From Candidatus Saccharimonadota bacterium (GTDB lineage: Bacteria; Patescibacteriota; Gracilibacteria; Absconditabacterales; Absconditicoccaceae): a stretch of 32,000 bases of DNA. The stretch covers positions 390,001 through 422,000 of the forward strand of contig CP006913.1 of the NCBI GenBank assembly GCA_000503875.1, given 5' to 3'. Below are positions 28,618 through 32,000 of this stretch, in pieces; the first letter of the stretch is position 1; each line of letters begins with the position of its first letter. The notes under the pieces were generated by a model. It was not told the origin of the DNA. It made no database searches and was given only the letters and a program-made list of their open reading frames with translations. A program made the position numbers and the translations under genes.

Positions 28618-29292
28618 ATGATACGTCTTGATAAATATCTTGCAAATTTATGATTAATTAGCAGAAGAACTGCTGATAAAATTTTCAAATCAACAGAAAT
28701 TTTGGTAAATGGAACAATAACAACAAAATCTGATACAAAAATCACGTACGGTGATGTAATAACATTTGATGGTATCGAAATCGACGTATTGGAATCTGTT
28801 CATGTTATTCTTTATAAACCAGCAGGCTATATTTCGTCTGATGAAGATGAAAATAAATATTTGAGTTATAGGCACTTACTCCAAGATTGTCCCTACGTAA
28901 ATATGCTCCATGTAGCAGGAAGACTAGATCATGATACCGAATGATTATTGATGGCAAGTACTAGTGGTACCTTCATTCATCAGGTAATTAGTCCAAAATT
29001 AAACAAAGAAAAAGAATATGAAGTTCACCTCGGCAGAAATATTTCAGATAAAGATCTCGGGGAGCTAGCGAAGGGAGTAACCTTAGATGACGGCTACCAC
29101 ACCCTCCCCGCCAAAGTCCAGAGATTAGAACCCAAAAAAATTCTCCTCACCATTACCGAAGGTAAGTTTCATCAGGTAAAGAGAATGTTGGAAGCAGTAG
29201 ATAATCAAGTTATTTATCTCAAAAGACTCAGAATAGGTGAGTGGACCCTGGAGGGCTTGGAGAAAGGAAAGTGGAAATACATTGAGAAGTAA
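28618..29292 (+). CDS. rsuA: 16S rRNA pseudouridine synthase, RsuA family (224 aa)
   Basis: ATG 28618 to TAA 29290-29292. S4-like N-terminus MIRLDKYLANL-G-LISRR. Catalytic motif HVAGRLDHDTE-G-LL (TGA 28942-28944 on the conserved Gly). EGKFHQVKRM matches EGRYHQVKRM of E. coli RsuA. Confidence 0.85.
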
Positions 29293-29322
29293 AAAAGAGC
29301 CCTCAAGGAGCTCTTTTTTTTG
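29293..29322. terminator. bidirectional terminator between rsuA and the large minus-strand gene
   Basis: aaaaaa-gagc-cctcaag-gagctc-tttttttt; a short stem flanked by an A-run and a T-run. Confidence 0.55.
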
Positions 29323-29337
29323 TAGAAAATAATATAT

Positions 29338-32000
29338 TTATTCTGACACAATAGCAGGAACAAATGGTATAGAATCTGCTGAAATAGAATCTGCTGGAAC
29401 AGTTACAATATTATTAGGATCATCAAATCAACCAGTTTCTTCCGTAACTTCTTCAACTTCACCAGAATCAGAAACAGCATATAAAATCAAACCTCAAGTA
29501 GCAACAAGACCAGCAACAATCATTCCTGTTCTTAATTTTCATTTATTTTCTTGGATAAAATTTTTGAAGCTTTCTTTTGTTGTAAATTGTTTACTAGAAT
29601 TAATAATTTGATTTTTTAAGGAAATTTTTGTATCTCATAATTTTTCCTTTGAAATCTTAAAGTTTTTTCTATTTGCTCAATATTTTCCAATTGTTCAGCT
29701 AGGACTCGTATAGTTTATATCGACAATAATTTCGGTTTTTGTAATATCATTAACTTTATATGTAAATTGTTCTGCGCCATTTCAAGTTTTGATAGTAAAT
29801 TCTTGTCATTTTTTCGCTTTATATAATTTGTTTAAACACTGTTTTGTATGAATTTCTGTAGTATTCCATCATAATCAAATATCTTCTCATTTTACAATAT
29901 TGAGTTTAGCTCCTTTAGGAGTTAAAATTTTTGAATTTCTTCCAGGACCAATCATATCTATTGATCTAAAATCTTGTGGTTTAGCTTTTGGAATATCAAC
30001 AAATTTACCATCTGAAGATAATTTTACTTCTATAGCTTTGATATTTCCAGCACCTGCTTCGAGTACTTTATATACTTTACCACCATCCTTTATAATAGTT
30101 CAAGATTCAAGTTGATTCAATGCTGTTAAGTCTTTACTAGAATAATTTTCAGATATATTTTTACCAGGTTGTTTTTTAACTGTAGCCTTAACTTCTTTAG
30201 GAGTTAAGATTTTTGGTGTTCTTCCAGGACCAATCATATCTATTGATCTAAAATCTTGCGGTTTAGCGCCAGGAATTTCAATAAATTTCCCATCTGAAGA
30301 TATTTTCATTTCTATAGCTTTTATATTTCCAGGACTTGTTTCAATTACTTTAAGTATTTTACCATCATTTTTTATAATGGTTCATGATTCAAGTTGGTTC
30401 ATTGCCGTTAAATCTTTACTAGAATATTTTTCAGATATATTTGTTTCCTTTCAACTCTTATCTTTTCCAGAATTTTCTCCTTTTTCTTTTCAATTTTCTT
30501 TAATTTTGTTTTTTCCTCCATCAACGAGTTCAATAGTTTTACCTCTTTTTTTGAAAGTTACTTTTTTAGGTAATTTACCGGCACCTTCTGCCATTCTAGA
30601 TAATAGACATGCTTGAATAAATTCTTCCCATGTAGGATTCCATGCTTCTCAATTGAAACCACTAAATACAAATTCAAGTCATTGACTCGTTCCAGTTAAC
30701 ATTCAACCTTGTACCAAGATTTTTCCAAAATTTTGTAAGATATCTTTACCTACAAGTGCTTTTGGTGCTCATATCCTTAATCCATTGGTATTAATAACAG
30801 TATTTGCATTTCATTCTGATAAATTAATTTTTTGACCAAGCTTTGTATTTGCAAGTTTAGAAAAAGCTGTTCAAAGTCATTTAAGAACTCAAACAAATGC
30901 AGCAGATTTTGCCATTTCTTTTCGATCTCATACATTCTCAAAAAGAGATCTATCTGGAAGTATAACGTTTGTTGCAATATTAGATCCTTGATAAAAAGCT
31001 ACTCATTCTATACCTGTTTTTAATCACCATTTAGTTAATTTTGCAGTTTTATATGCTGCTTTGGCAAGTTTTCAACCCTTAGATAAATTATTTACTCAAG
31101 AAACTATTCAAGTTCCTCGTTTAGTAGCTTTTATGGCTGTAGATCCATATTTCACAGCAGCTAGAGCAACTCTAGCAGCAATAGCTCAAGCTCCCATAGT
31201 AACAGCAGCTAATGCTATTGTTTGTCATGCTTCTATAGCATAATCTAAATTATTATCTGAAATATCCCATGTACCTACACCCAATATATCTTTCATCATA
31301 GCAAGATCTTTATCTTTTGATAAATCTTGATTTGCATCAAACATAGTCTGGATTTTACCTTCTATCATAAGTTCTTGTAACAAAAGTAGTGTAGATGTAT
31401 TTGTAGATTCTTTTATCATAAAATCAGTAGCTTTTGTTAGATAATCATCCCAATTATAAGCTTTACCTCTAGGGATTATCTTTTCTCAATTATTATTTGC
31501 TTTTTCTTCACTTTCATTTTGTTCATTCCATGATTTTAAAAGAAGCGCTTTGTCTTCTTCATTTGTGGCTTGACTTTCGATACTAGCTTTAAATTGTTTT
31601 TGATTAGAATCTTTATTATTTTTATCTTTGATTTTAATATATTCTTCAATTATTTCTTTTGAAATTGCTTTTGAATCTTTTTCATTAATTCATAAATCTA
31701 TTAAAATTTTAGATATTTTATCTTTTTCTCCTTTGGTAATTATATCAATTGTTTCTGGGTTTTGAAAAATTTTATTTATTTCATCAAAATCACTTCTTTC
31801 GAGAATTCTTTCCATAAGTTTTGATTTAACCGCATCTGAATTTCCTCCTCAATCTCATCCAACAGAATCCAACATTGCATCTCCAAATTTTCTTCTATTT
31901 ATATCCAACATATCTAATTCTAATTCTTTATATTTTGTTGAATCAAAATTGGTAAATAATTTTTTTGTTTTTTCTAAATCATCTTGTCAAAGGACAGTTT
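29338..32000 (-). CDS. large hypothetical protein, 3' portion (at least 887 aa; the 5' end lies beyond the window). It has a C-proximal TM helix, two 94-aa tandem repeats and a Gly/Ala-rich amphipathic core.
   Basis: Walked by hand on the minus strand in the frame of ORFs 31225..31419 and 30100..30309. There is no TAA/TAG from 31998 down to TAA 29338-29340, and dozens of TGA. TM segment GMIVAGLVATGGLILYAV lies about 45 aa before the acidic C-terminus. Confidence 0.75.
29875..30438. repeat. 2 x 282-bp tandem coding repeat
   Basis: Encodes ISE(N/K)YSSKDLTA(L/M)NQLESGTIIK..GK..KV.E...GNIKAIE.K.SSDGKF..IP.AKPQDFRSIDMIGPGR..KILTPK twice. DNA stretches such as ttccaggaccaatcatatctattgatctaaaatcttg are shared. 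Confidence 0.85.

Noticed and set aside
28591-28620. A TTGACT ... TAATAT promoter directly abutting the rsuA ATG, which would suggest a leaderless mRNA.
   Set aside because: The spacing of the candidate -10 relative to the ATG is ambiguous (several overlapping TA-rich hexamers). AT-rich sequence produces such matches easily, so it is not reportable without TSS data.
1-32000. Code 4 (UGA = Trp, Mycoplasma-type) as the explanation for the in-frame TGAs.
   Set aside because: TGA sits at invariant Gly positions (GyrB SAGGS, NusA GKG, RsuA TEGL, LepA ITGTL). Trp positions use TGG.

Overview
This AT-rich bacterial window only reads correctly under genetic code 25 (UGA = Gly), as in Gracilibacteria/Absconditabacteria-type CPR lineages. 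In the supplied standard-code ORF track, nusA, gltX, gyrB, rpoD, ruvA, lepA and rsuA are broken by in-frame TGA. Each becomes one intact frame when TGA is read through, and the TGAs fall on conserved glycines, for example GyrB EGDSA-G-GS, NusA GK-G-, RsuA DTE-G-L and the LepA N-terminus IT-G-TL. All coordinates below come from my own hand re-translation with TGA = Gly.

Layout:
- 1-15 kb is an accessory, surface-protein region. It holds a TGA-free protein with a Bacteroidetes-style T9SS C-terminal sorting domain (1066-2832), a 903-aa phage-tail-fibre-like protein with a peptidase-S74-type autoprocessing C-terminus (3022-5733), and four tandem secreted, extremely Cys-rich and TGA-dense proteins (5815-13777). 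These four carry four Hint (bacterial intein-like) autoprocessing domains, each followed by a short disulfide-rich tail or a few residues. A DUF2233-like protein follows.
- 15-29 kb is a housekeeping block. It is interrupted by a ~131-nt inverted repeat bracketing gltX, two candidate small RNAs, a Cys-free and TGA-free orphan gene, and a 2-kb TGA-free four-gene islet in which two ORFs end on TGA.
- 29.3-32 kb is the 3' part of a large repeat-containing, C-terminally anchored protein.

The candidate new system is the Hint plus cysteine-rich mini-protein gene family. No tRNA, rRNA, CRISPR array or transposase was seen.
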